A stretch of 32,000 nucleotides of DNA from Xylanibacter ruminicola 23 (GTDB taxonomy: Bacteria; Bacteroidota; Bacteroidia; Bacteroidales; Bacteroidaceae). Made by a program: the position numbers and the translations under genes. The DNA lies in the NCBI RefSeq assembly GCF_000025925.1, contig NC_014033.1, forward strand, positions 3,030,001 through 3,062,000, given 5' to 3'. The notes below the pieces were generated by a model, which was not told the DNA's origin, ran no database searches, and worked only from the letters and a program-made list of their open reading frames with translations. Position 1 is the stretch's first letter, and each line of letters starts with the position of its first letter. Of the stretch, positions 22,527 to 31,350 are shown piece by piece.

Positions 22527-24741
22527 TGCTTCAAGCTACATAGTAAGTGATTTCGAGGGACTCAGCTCCACCTTCTCCGAGATGGTTGAATTGCCATCTA
22601 CGGGCTATTGTCGTTTGTACAAAGCCAAACGCTATGGGCGATGGTTTCTGCTCAAATGTCTGAAGCAGGAACTATCATCCGATACCGCCTATCAACAGTT
22701 GCTTCGCAAGGAATTCGAGATTATGATGCGCTTGCAGCATCCATCTATCATGCAAGCCATTGGTATGGAGGATGTTTTGATAGCTGACGGGCATTACGAA
22801 CGATGCCTCATAGCCGAATGGATTGATGGCAAGACGCTGGCTCAATATCTTGAGGCCAATCCCAGTCGTAGCGATCGCCAACGCATAGCTATCGATTTGG
22901 CAGAGGCTTTGGCCTACATTCATCACCAACAAGTGGTACATCGCGATCTGAAGCCCTCAAACATCATGATTACCTACAACGGCAGTTATGTGAAGATTAT
23001 CGACTTCGGACTAGCTGATACCGATAGTCATGCCATACTGAAACAACCTGCTGGCACATTGAAGTATATGGCTCCAGAGCAAGCCACAAAAGCTCTACCA
23101 GATGTTCGTAACGATATCTATTCGCTGGGAGTCATACTTCTGGAGATGGATATATATAAAAAGGTGGCTGAGCGATGTCTACGCCCCATCCATCAACGCT
23201 ATCAGAATATGGACGATCTGCTTGCCGCCCTTCATCAGCAGCGCAAGTGGCATTTCAAGCTTATGGCATCAGCCATGATAGCCCTGGTTGTCATCTTTGC
23301 TTTGATAGCAAAAGTGAATGCGATAAGTCATAAAGCCTCTGATTTAGAGAAACATACGGCTGAGCTTAATTTTCAGGTGAAAGTGCTGAACCACGAGATT
23401 ATTGGCTTCGAGGACCCTGAGGCAAAGCAAAAATGCATCAGCCATTGGGATTATGATCACGATGGTGAACTGAGCTATCAAGAAGCAGCCTCAGTAAAGT
23501 CGCTTGGCGATGTGTTTACAAAGGACACGCTGTTGCGATCGTTCCCAGAACTGGAACACTTTACTGGTCTTAACGAAATTGATGCTTGTGCCTTTTGGGA
23601 TTGCACCCACCTGGAGTCAATCCGCATACCTCGAACGGTACGTTTTATCCGCCAGAGTGCCTTTCGCCATACAGGTCTGCAGATGATAACCATCCCCAGT
23701 AGTGTCGTAGCTATAGGCGACCATATACTGGAAGAGTGTCCTGAGCTTGAAACAGTCATCTTCGAATCAGTATTACCCAACACCAACGATGGTGCTCATC
23801 ATCTGGTTGACTGCCCCAAACTCTCTGCTATCTTTGTGCCAGAGTTCTATATGACAGAAACGAATGAGAAGAAATCTTGGCAGAGTCTCAAACCATATAT
23901 CCATAAGTATATAGAGTTTCGCGATCCGGCAGTTAAGTCCGTCTGTGTTAGTCATTGGGATAGTAATGGCGATGGCGAATTGTCTATAGACGAGGCTATG
24001 GCTGTTAACTCGCTTGGTGGTGCTTTTTCTGGAAATACGGCTATACGCAGCTTTGATGAGTTGCGCTATTTCACAGGCTTGAAAGAGATAGAGGCAAATA
24101 CTTTTAACGGTTGTTTAAATCTAAAGTCTGTACAACTGCCTCGCTCTGTAGAAACGCTTGGCGAGAATGCCTTTCTGAAATGCGACTTTAACGCGTTTTA
24201 CATCCCATCTGGCGTCACTCATATTGCCTCTACAGCCTTGGGTGAAAACCATCATCTGTGTAAGGTAGAAATAAGTGCCGATAATCCCGTTTATGATAGT
24301 CGCGAAGATTGCAATGCCATTATAGAAACGGCTACCAATCAGATGGTTACAGGTAGTGCTACAGCCTTTATACCCAATAGCGTAACGAGTCTCAGCGACG
24401 AATGCTTCAACTGGTTTGATCGCGATGAATTGGTCATCCCTTCTCAGCTAACCCATATAGGTACTTGGGCCTTGACCTGTATCTTCCAACGGATATATTG
24501 TATGTCGGACGTACCCCCATTTTATCGACCAGATACTCGCGAGTCCTTTTGGGAGCATCTGCCAGAAATCTATATTCCTTATGGCTCTACAGAAGCCTAT
24601 TGCCATGCAGAAGGTTGGAAGCTATTAACACATCGTCTTCATGAATTCCCAGCTAAACCAGCACCCGTAACAACAGATTTTTCATACTATTTTAAAACTT
24701 GGACCAATTTGGACCAATTAAGTTTCCTGAATTTCGATTAA
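22516..24741 (+). CDS. Transmembrane Hanks-type Ser/Thr protein kinase with extracytoplasmic EF-hand-like loops and BspA-type leucine-rich repeats
   Basis: Kinase motifs are the VAIK-like LLKCLK, HRDLKPSN, DFG and YMAPE. TM helix LMASAMIALVVIFALIAKV lies at about 23263-23316. The two DxDxDGxLxxxE loops are DYDHDGELSYQE (23449-23484) and DSNGDGELSIDE (23959-23994). Each loop is followed by LRR_5-like units (F..C..L.SI.IP.SV..I...AF). Confidence 0.8.
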   Translation: MSDDASSYIVSDFEGLSSTFSEMVELPSTGYCRLYKAKRYGRWFLLKCLKQELSSDTAYQQLLRKEFEIMMRLQHPSIMQAIGMEDVLIADGHYERCLIAEWIDGKTLAQYLEANPSRSDRQRIAIDLAEALAYIHHQQVVHRDLKPSNIMITYNGSYVKIIDFGLADTDSHAILKQPAGTLKYMAPEQATKALPDVRNDIYSLGVILLEMDIYKKVAERCLRPIHQRYQNMDDLLAALHQQRKWHFKLMASAMIALVVIFALIAKVNAISHKASDLEKHTAELNFQVKVLNHEIIGFEDPEAKQKCISHWDYDHDGELSYQEAASVKSLGDVFTKDTLLRSFPELEHFTGLNEIDACAFWDCTHLESIRIPRTVRFIRQSAFRHTGLQMITIPSSVVAIGDHILEECPELETVIFESVLPNTNDGAHHLVDCPKLSAIFVPEFYMTETNEKKSWQSLKPYIHKYIEFRDPAVKSVCVSHWDSNGDGELSIDEAMAVNSLGGAFSGNTAIRSFDELRYFTGLKEIEANTFNGCLNLKSVQLPRSVETLGENAFLKCDFNAFYIPSGVTHIASTALGENHHLCKVEISADNPVYDSREDCNAIIETATNQMVTGSATAFIPNSVTSLSDECFNWFDRDELVIPSQLTHIGTWALTCIFQRIYCMSDVPPFYRPDTRESFWEHLPEIYIPYGSTEAYCHAEGWKLLTHRLHEFPAKPAPVTTDFSYYFKTWTNLDQLSFLNFD

Positions 24742-24799
24742 TTTTGCACCGAAATTAAATTTTTCGAACATATATTAATAACTTAATTCAATTCAAAGT

Positions 24800-25711
24800 A
24801 TGAAAACAAAATTCATGTCAGTTTCGATGAGTTTACTCATCGCAGGTTTCACATTGTGCGCTTGTACAGAAGGTCTTGGTGGTGTAGGTGACAACCCAAT
24901 TACTCCAGAGACTCCAACTACTCCTGATGAGCCAGAGACACCAACAGAGATTAAGGGTATTCTTTCTGAGATTTCGGTTGAATCTGAGGGCAATAACGGC
25001 GTTCTTGCTTTCACTTATGGTGATGATGGTAAGGTTACAAAAGCTGCTTATAAAAGCGTAGATCGATTTACAGGTGATTCTTACGAAGGATTATCATGCA
25101 CCTTTACCTATGAAACTGATAAAATAACCGTAAAGGCCAAAAGAGACGATAATGTAGAGACTAAGGTCTATACCCTTACCGATGGTGTTGTTACAAAATA
25201 TGCAGATGATTATGGCTACGATGAGTTTACCTATAAGGATGGTAAACTGATTGGTTTCAAGGCCTGGGAGAAAAATGAAGAGTCAGGTGAAATGGAAACT
25301 GATGAATTATTTGATTTTTCTTGGAATGAAAATGTTATTGCTAGTTACGAAAGATATGAACTGAATGACCAAGAAGAAAAAGAAGATGTAAATAATTACA
25401 CCGTAACCTATGGTACAGTTAAGGCTGGCGTTCTTGCTAATATCTTCTTCTATGGTGGTGGAGTCTTTGAGCTTCCTTTCTATGTAGAGGATTTGGCTGA
25501 ATCAGCTCCTATCTTCGACAAACTTGGCGCAATGCCTGAGTATCTGCCTGAGAAGTTGGTTAGAACTTGGAAAGAAGAAGGAAATGATGTCACAAGAACC
25601 ATTACTGCAAAATACACCTTGGATAGCAACAACCTTGTTACTAAGGTCGTTGTCAAGGTTGTTGAAGGCGAAAATACCGAAGAAACAACTTACAACCTTA
25701 AGTGGAAGTAA
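24800..25711 (+). CDS. Hypothetical lipoprotein with Pro/Thr-rich linker and repeated beta-hairpin (YD-like) motifs
   Basis: The signal/lipobox is LIAGFTLCAC and the linker is NPITPETPTTPDEPETPTE. The repeated patterns are FTYGDDGKVTK, YTLTDGVVTKY, FTYKDGKLIGF and KYTLDSNNLVTKV. Confidence 0.6.
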   Translation: MKTKFMSVSMSLLIAGFTLCACTEGLGGVGDNPITPETPTTPDEPETPTEIKGILSEISVESEGNNGVLAFTYGDDGKVTKAAYKSVDRFTGDSYEGLSCTFTYETDKITVKAKRDDNVETKVYTLTDGVVTKYADDYGYDEFTYKDGKLIGFKAWEKNEESGEMETDELFDFSWNENVIASYERYELNDQEEKEDVNNYTVTYGTVKAGVLANIFFYGGGVFELPFYVEDLAESAPIFDKLGAMPEYLPEKLVRTWKEEGNDVTRTITAKYTLDSNNLVTKVVVKVVEGENTEETTYNLKWK

Positions 25712-25736
25712 TCCTATCACAATTTATATAAATCAA

Positions 25737-25770
25737 GAAAGCCGCAACCTTGAAAGTTGCGGCTTTATTA
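25737..25770. terminator. Bidirectional hairpin terminator between lipoprotein gene and isomerase-like gene (copy B)
   Basis: A 9-bp stem, AGCCGCAAC (25740-25748) / GTTGCGGCT (25756-25764), flanked by an A-run and a T-run. Confidence 0.55.
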
Positions 25771-25785
25771 TTTAGAATGTATCGC

Positions 25786-27282
25786 TTATGCGAATGGATT
25801 CTCTGTTGGGTAGTAATCGCCCTTGGGGAAGTTGTAGTCGATCTCCTCAACGGGGATGCCCATGTACTTGAGAATCTCCCACAGGTACTTACCAGCGTGA
25901 TCGAACATCACAGCGCAGTGGTGTGGGTAGTGCTTCTCGATGAGCACGTGACGATAGAAACGGCTCATGTTCTTAACACCGAAGATACCGATAGAACCGA
26001 ATGAGCGTGTAGCTACAGGAATAACCTCACCCTGAGCGATGTAAGCGCGGAGCTTGGTGTCGGCTGTGCTCTGCAGACGATAGATAGTAGCCTTGCCTGG
26101 CTTGATGTCGCCCTCGAGAGTACCGTTTGTTACCTCTACAGGCAGAGCGCGTGCCATGATGCGCTGGAAGCACATGCTGCAGTTGCAAACCTTAGAAGAA
26201 GCGGTGTTACCACAGTGGAAGCCCATGAAGATCTCCTTGTCTGTGTACTCGTCGCACAGGAACTTCTTGCCCTTGATGCTCTCTTCGTACATATCGTTAG
26301 GAACGGTGTTGTTGATATCGAGCAACGTAACGGCATCCTCTGTGATGCAAGTACCGATGAACTCAGACAGTGTTCCGTAGATATCAACCTCGCAGCTAAC
26401 GGGGATACCGCGGCTGGTGAGACGGCTGTTTACGTAGCAAGGAACGAAACCAAACATGGTCTGGAATGCAGGCCAGCACTTGGTGGTGAGTGATACGAAC
26501 TGGCGGCAGCCCTTGTGAGCCTCGATCCAGTCGGTCAGAGTGAGCTCATACTGAGCGAGCTTAGGCAGAACAGAAGGAATCTTGTTGCCAGCACCCAGCT
26601 CATTAGCCATATCCTTCACTACATCGTCGATACGTGGATCGCCCTGATGCTTCTGGAACGACTCGAGCAGGTCGAGCTCTGAGTTCTCCTCGATTTCTAC
26701 GTCGAGATCATACAGGGCACGGATAGGAGCGTTACAAGCCAGGAAATTGTTTGGACGAGGACCGAAGCTGATAATCTTCAGGTTCTGCAGACCAACGATA
26801 GCGCGAGCGATGGGCAGGAACTCGTGGATGAGCTCAGCGCAGTGGTCAGCATCACCAACTGGCTCCTCTGGGATATAAGCACGAGTCTTACGCAGAGACA
26901 GAGCGTGGCTGGCATTCAGCATACCACAGTAAGCATCACCACGACCATCAATCAGGTCGTTCTGAGTTTCCTCGGCAGCAGCACAGAACATAGCTGGGCC
27001 ATTGAAATACTTAGCCAGCATGGTCTCAGAAATCTCAGGACCGAAGTTACCAAGATATACACAGAGTGCATTACATCCTGCCTTATTGATATCCTCGAGG
27101 GCCTGCTGCATGTGGATTTCGCTCTCAACAATGCAGATAGGGCACTCGTAGATGCCATCCTTACCGAATTTCTTCTCATACGCAGCGATAACAGCCTTAC
27201 GACGGTTAACAGCTAATGACTCAGGAAAACAGTCGCGAGATACAGCGACGATTCCAACTTTAATTTTAGGTACGTTGTTCAT
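25786..27282 (-). CDS. L-fucose/L-arabinose isomerase-family protein (sugar isomerase-like, exact substrate unknown)
   Basis: A 498-aa cytosolic protein with ATG start and strong core-like codon usage. The overall sequence recalls the fucose-isomerase-like family, but I cannot cite a diagnostic motif. Confidence 0.5.
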   Translation of the reverse strand: MNNVPKIKVGIVAVSRDCFPESLAVNRRKAVIAAYEKKFGKDGIYECPICIVESEIHMQQALEDINKAGCNALCVYLGNFGPEISETMLAKYFNGPAMFCAAAEETQNDLIDGRGDAYCGMLNASHALSLRKTRAYIPEEPVGDADHCAELIHEFLPIARAIVGLQNLKIISFGPRPNNFLACNAPIRALYDLDVEIEENSELDLLESFQKHQGDPRIDDVVKDMANELGAGNKIPSVLPKLAQYELTLTDWIEAHKGCRQFVSLTTKCWPAFQTMFGFVPCYVNSRLTSRGIPVSCEVDIYGTLSEFIGTCITEDAVTLLDINNTVPNDMYEESIKGKKFLCDEYTDKEIFMGFHCGNTASSKVCNCSMCFQRIMARALPVEVTNGTLEGDIKPGKATIYRLQSTADTKLRAYIAQGEVIPVATRSFGSIGIFGVKNMSRFYRHVLIEKHYPHHCAVMFDHAGKYLWEILKYMGIPVEEIDYNFPKGDYYPTENPFA

Positions 27283-27430
27283 ATTAAAATGAGTTTGTTA
27301 ATAAAGTAATGATTTTCGTTTCAAGCCACAAAATTATAATTTAATCTCGAAACAACCAAGAAATTTAGAAAAAATAACAGCGGATGATACAATTCTAATA
27401 TATGGATGATACATTTAAAACATTTTTTGT

Positions 27431-27438
27431 TACCTTTG
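27431..27438 (+). promoter_or_regulatory. -7 box (TACCTTTG) upstream of DUF3667-like gene
   Basis: TACCTTTG sits 8 nt upstream of the ATG at 27447 and inside the longer track ORF (ATG 27402). This favours the downstream start. Confidence 0.4.
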
Positions 27439-27446
27439 CAAACGTA

Positions 27447-28427
27447 ATGGAACAGTTAAGAGAGAAATACGAAAAGTTCAAGGCGTGGCAGGTAAGACCT
27501 CACGAGGTTAAAAAAATGACTGCCGAGAAGCATGTGTGCGCCACTTGCCAAACAGAATTTCATGGCAACTTCTGCCCCCGATGCGGACAGAAAGCTGTCA
27601 TCGGTCGTTACTCGTTCAAATCGGCATTTTTGCTGTTTTTGGACGTTTGGGGCCTGGGCAATCGTGGCATGTTCCGAACCATTCGCGACTTGCTGTTGCG
27701 TCCAGGTTACATGATTCGCGACTATCTGAGTGGCATGCAGATGGCGTATTTCCCTCCGTTCAAGATGTTCTTCCTGTCCATAGCCTTATTGGTACTTGTA
27801 CAGTCGGGCCTGAATATCAGGATGGAGAATGTCATCAGTCAGAGCAAGGAAGTAATTACGCAAAACCTTGACGAAACATCCAGCAACCTTGACAAAATGG
27901 CCGACAACATGAGCGAAGCCGCTCCACCTGACACCATACAAATTAACGAAAAAAAATTAGCTATCGAGAAAGGCGAAGATGGCAATTCCATAAAAGTGAA
28001 TGGGAAATATTTCGGTTTGAAATTCGCAGAAACTCTCCAGAAGTTTTTCCGTTGGATCACAGACAACCAGACAGCTTCTCAGTTCCTTTTACTACTCGTT
28101 TTGTCGGCCCCAATGTACCTTCTTTTCCGCCACAATAAAAAAATTCCAGACATACACTACTCTGAGTTCTTTGTCTCGATGGTTTACATCACAAATTTAA
28201 TGACACTCATCAGTATTGTTGGAGACTTTTTCTCTCCTGGAAACGTCTTAATGAGTATAGTAGCTGGCGCCGCGAGCATCGTACCCCTGAAACAGCTATA
28301 TGGTTACAGCTATATCAAGACATTCTTTAAGGTTGCACTATCATTTGTGCTATTGTTTTTGATGGCTATCTTATTGGCAGGTATTTTTGCTGCTTTGGCA
28401 TTCCTATACGTTCTATATATATTGTAG
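27447..28427 (+). CDS. Zinc-ribbon membrane protein, DUF3667-like
   Basis: The N-terminal CxxC-x10-CxxC motif (CATCQTEFHGNFCPRCGQK) is followed by several hydrophobic helices. The alternative start is 27402. Confidence 0.6.
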   Translation: MEQLREKYEKFKAWQVRPHEVKKMTAEKHVCATCQTEFHGNFCPRCGQKAVIGRYSFKSAFLLFLDVWGLGNRGMFRTIRDLLLRPGYMIRDYLSGMQMAYFPPFKMFFLSIALLVLVQSGLNIRMENVISQSKEVITQNLDETSSNLDKMADNMSEAAPPDTIQINEKKLAIEKGEDGNSIKVNGKYFGLKFAETLQKFFRWITDNQTASQFLLLLVLSAPMYLLFRHNKKIPDIHYSEFFVSMVYITNLMTLISIVGDFFSPGNVLMSIVAGAASIVPLKQLYGYSYIKTFFKVALSFVLLFLMAILLAGIFAALAFLYVLYIL

Positions 28428-28449
28428 TATATAATTTTTGGCTTTTAAA

Positions 28450-28481
28450 TTTGGTGTTCTGCTTACTAATTTGTATCTTTG
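28450..28481 (+). promoter_or_regulatory. leuS promoter (-33 TTTG, -7 TATCTTTG)
   Basis: TTTG at 28450-28453 and TATCTTTG at 28474-28481 with a 20-nt spacer, 46 nt upstream of the ATG at 28528. Confidence 0.55.
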
Positions 28482-28527
28482 CACCCGTATTTATTATGTA
28501 CGGAAACAATTAAAATTAAAAGATACA

Positions 28528-31350
28528 ATGGATTACAATTTCAGAGACATCGAACAGAAATGGCAGAAGCGATGGGTTGAGAATGGAACCTATCGTGTGG
28601 TGGAAGACAAGAACAAGAAGAAATTCTATGTACTGAACATGTTCCCCTACCCATCAGGAGCAGGTTTGCACGTAGGTCACCCACTTGGCTATATCGCCAG
28701 TGATATCTATGCCCGCTACAAGCGTCAGCAGGGATATAACGTACTGAACCCCATGGGTTACGATGCTTACGGACTGCCCGCCGAGCAGTACGCTATCCAG
28801 ACCGGTCAGCACCCTGAGAAGACCACTTTCGAGAATATTAACCGTTACCGCTCACAGCTGGATAAAATAGGTTTCAGTTTTGACTGGGAGCGCGAGGTTC
28901 GTACTTGTGATCCTATCTACTATAAGTGGACCCAGTGGGCTTTCCAGCGCATGTTCAAGAGTTACTTCAGCACTTCATCGCACAAGGCCCAGCCAACCAT
29001 CAAGCTGATTGAGCACTTTGAGCTGATGGGTACCGAGAACTGTAATGCCCTTGGTACAGAGGAGCTGCACTTTACTGCTGCCGAGTGGAACGCCTTCTCA
29101 GAGAAGAAAAAGCAGGAGGTACTGATGAACTACCGTATAGCCTATCTGGCCGAGACAATGGTTAACTGGTGCCCTGCACTTGGTACCGTATTGGCCAACG
29201 ACGAGGTAATCAACGGTGTATCAGAGCGTGGTGGTTATCCTGTAGAGCAGAAGAAGATGCGTCAGTGGTGTCTGCGTGTATCGGCTTACGCACAGCGACT
29301 GCTTGACGGACTTGATACTATCGACTGGACCGACTCGCTGAAGGAAACCCAGCGTAACTGGATTGGACGTTCTGAGGGTACTGAGGTTGAGTTTAACGTT
29401 GCCGACAGCGATAAGCACTTTACCATCTTTACCACTCGTGCCGATACAATGTTTGGTGTAACCTTCATGGTGCTGGCTCCTGAATCAGATCTCGTAGCCG
29501 AGCTGACAACTGCCGACCAGAAGGCTGCAGTAGATGAGTATCTGGCTTATGTAAAGAAGCGCACAGAGCGTGAGCGCCAGATGGACCACAAGGTAACAGG
29601 TGTGTTCTCGGGTAGCTACGCCATCAATCCATTTACCGACGAAAAGATCCCCATCTGGATTTCAGAATATGTACTGGCTGGTTATGGTACAGGTGCCATT
29701 ATGGCTGTACCTGCGCACGACAGTCGCGACTACGCCTTTGCCAAGCACTTTAACCTGCCCATCATCCCACTGATTGAAGGTGCTGACGTAAGCGAGGAGA
29801 GTTACGATGCCAAGGAGGGTATTGTTTGCAACTCGTCATCAGCTAAGTTCAGCTTGAATGGCTTGACTGTTAAGGAGGCCATCGCTGCCACCAAGAAATA
29901 TGTTACCGAGCAGGGCTTGGGTCGTGTAAAGGTTAACTACCGTTTGCGCGATGCCATCTTCTCACGTCAGCGCTACTGGGGTGAGCCATTCCCTGTTTAC
30001 TATAAGGACGACATGCCTTACATGATTCCAAAGGAGTGTCTGCCTCTCGAGTTGCCTGAGATTGATGAGTACAAGCCAACCGAGACTGGTGAGCCACCAT
30101 TGGGACGTGCTAAGATGTGGGCTTGGGATACTAAGACCGACAAGGTGGTATCAAAGGACGAGATCGACAACAAGACCGTATTCCCACTCGAGCTGAACAC
30201 CATGCCTGGTTTCGCAGGTTCATCAGCCTACTATCTGCGCTATATGGACCCCAAGAACGAGCAGGCGCTTGTTAGCAAGGATGCCGATGAGTACTGGCGT
30301 AACGTAGATCTGTACGTAGGTGGTACAGAGCACGCTACAGGTCACCTGATTTACTCACGTTTCTGGAACAAGTTCCTCTTCGATTCAGGTTACAGCTGCG
30401 AGGACGAGCCATTCAAGAAACTGGTTAACCAGGGTATGATTCAGGGTCGTTCTAACTTCGTATATCGTATTGAGGACGAGGGTGCCGACAAGGGTAAGTT
30501 TGTAAGCTTGAACCTGAGAGGTAACTATAAGGAAACCACTCCTATCCACGTAGATGTAAATATCGTATCGGCTGATATTCTGGACATTGAGGCCTTTAAG
30601 GCTTGGCGACCAGATTATAACAATGCTGAGTTCATCCTCGAAGATGGCAAATACATCTGTGGTTGGGCTATCGAAAAGATGTCGAAGTCGATGTTCAATG
30701 TGGTTAATCCCGATATGATTGTAGAGAAGTATGGTGCCGACACCCTGCGTCTTTACGAAATGTTCCTGGGTCCTGTTGAGCAGAGTAAGCCTTGGGATAC
30801 CAACGGTATCGATGGCTGTCACCGCTTCCTGAAGAAGTTCTGGAACCTCTTCCAGAATGGATTCGACGAGGGCGCTGCTACACCCGAGAACCTGAAGAGC
30901 GTACACAAGCTTATCAAGAAAGTATCTACCGATATCGAAACATTCAGCTATAACACATCTATCTCGGCCTTCATGATTTGCGTGAACGAGCTGGGCCAGC
31001 AGAAGTGTAAGAACAAGGAGATGCTGAAGACACTTGTTATACTGATTGCTCCTTTTGCACCCCATATGGCCGAAGAGCTTTGGGAGATGCTGGGTGAGCA
31101 GGGTAGTGTATGCGACTCACAGTGGCCAAAGTGGGAAGAGAAGTATCTGGTTGAGAGCGAGGCCAAGCTTGGTGTTGCCTTTAACGGTAAGACTCGCTTT
31201 GATATGACTTTCCCTGCTGACGCCGACAATAAGACCATCGAGGAGGCTGTACTGGCCGATGAGCGCGCTCAGAAGTACCTCGAAGGTTTCCAGGTAGCAA
31301 AGGTTATCATCGTCCCTAAGCGTATGGTGAACATTGTTTTAAAGAAATAA
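28528..31350 (+). CDS. leuS: Leucine--tRNA ligase
   Basis: [16 protein letters not shown] start, HIGH-type motif [13 protein letters not shown] motif, 940 aa. The track start (TTG 28438) lies over the promoter, so ATG 28528 is preferred. Confidence 0.95.
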   Translation: MDYNFRDIEQKWQKRWVENGTYRVVEDKNKKKFYVLNMFPYPSGAGLHVGHPLGYIASDIYARYKRQQGYNVLNPMGYDAYGLPAEQYAIQTGQHPEKTTFENINRYRSQLDKIGFSFDWEREVRTCDPIYYKWTQWAFQRMFKSYFSTSSHKAQPTIKLIEHFELMGTENCNALGTEELHFTAAEWNAFSEKKKQEVLMNYRIAYLAETMVNWCPALGTVLANDEVINGVSERGGYPVEQKKMRQWCLRVSAYAQRLLDGLDTIDWTDSLKETQRNWIGRSEGTEVEFNVADSDKHFTIFTTRADTMFGVTFMVLAPESDLVAELTTADQKAAVDEYLAYVKKRTERERQMDHKVTGVFSGSYAINPFTDEKIPIWISEYVLAGYGTGAIMAVPAHDSRDYAFAKHFNLPIIPLIEGADVSEESYDAKEGIVCNSSSAKFSLNGLTVKEAIAATKKYVTEQGLGRVKVNYRLRDAIFSRQRYWGEPFPVYYKDDMPYMIPKECLPLELPEIDEYKPTETGEPPLGRAKMWAWDTKTDKVVSKDEIDNKTVFPLELNTMPGFAGSSAYYLRYMDPKNEQALVSKDADEYWRNVDLYVGGTEHATGHLIYSRFWNKFLFDSGYSCEDEPFKKLVNQGMIQGRSNFVYRIEDEGADKGKFVSLNLRGNYKETTPIHVDVNIVSADILDIEAFKAWRPDYNNAEFILEDGKYICGWAIEKMSKSMFNVVNPDMIVEKYGADTLRLYEMFLGPVEQSKPWDTNGIDGCHRFLKKFWNLFQNGFDEGAATPENLKSVHKLIKKVSTDIETFSYNTSISAFMICVNELGQQKCKNKEMLKTLVILIAPFAPHMAEELWEMLGEQGSVCDSQWPKWEEKYLVESEAKLGVAFNGKTRFDMTFPADADNKTIEEAVLADERAQKYLEGFQVAKVIIVPKRMVNIVLKK

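Noticed and set aside
30385-31065. 226-aa minus-strand ORF inside leuS
   Set aside because: It is antisense to the well-conserved leuS gene, so it is a shadow ORF.
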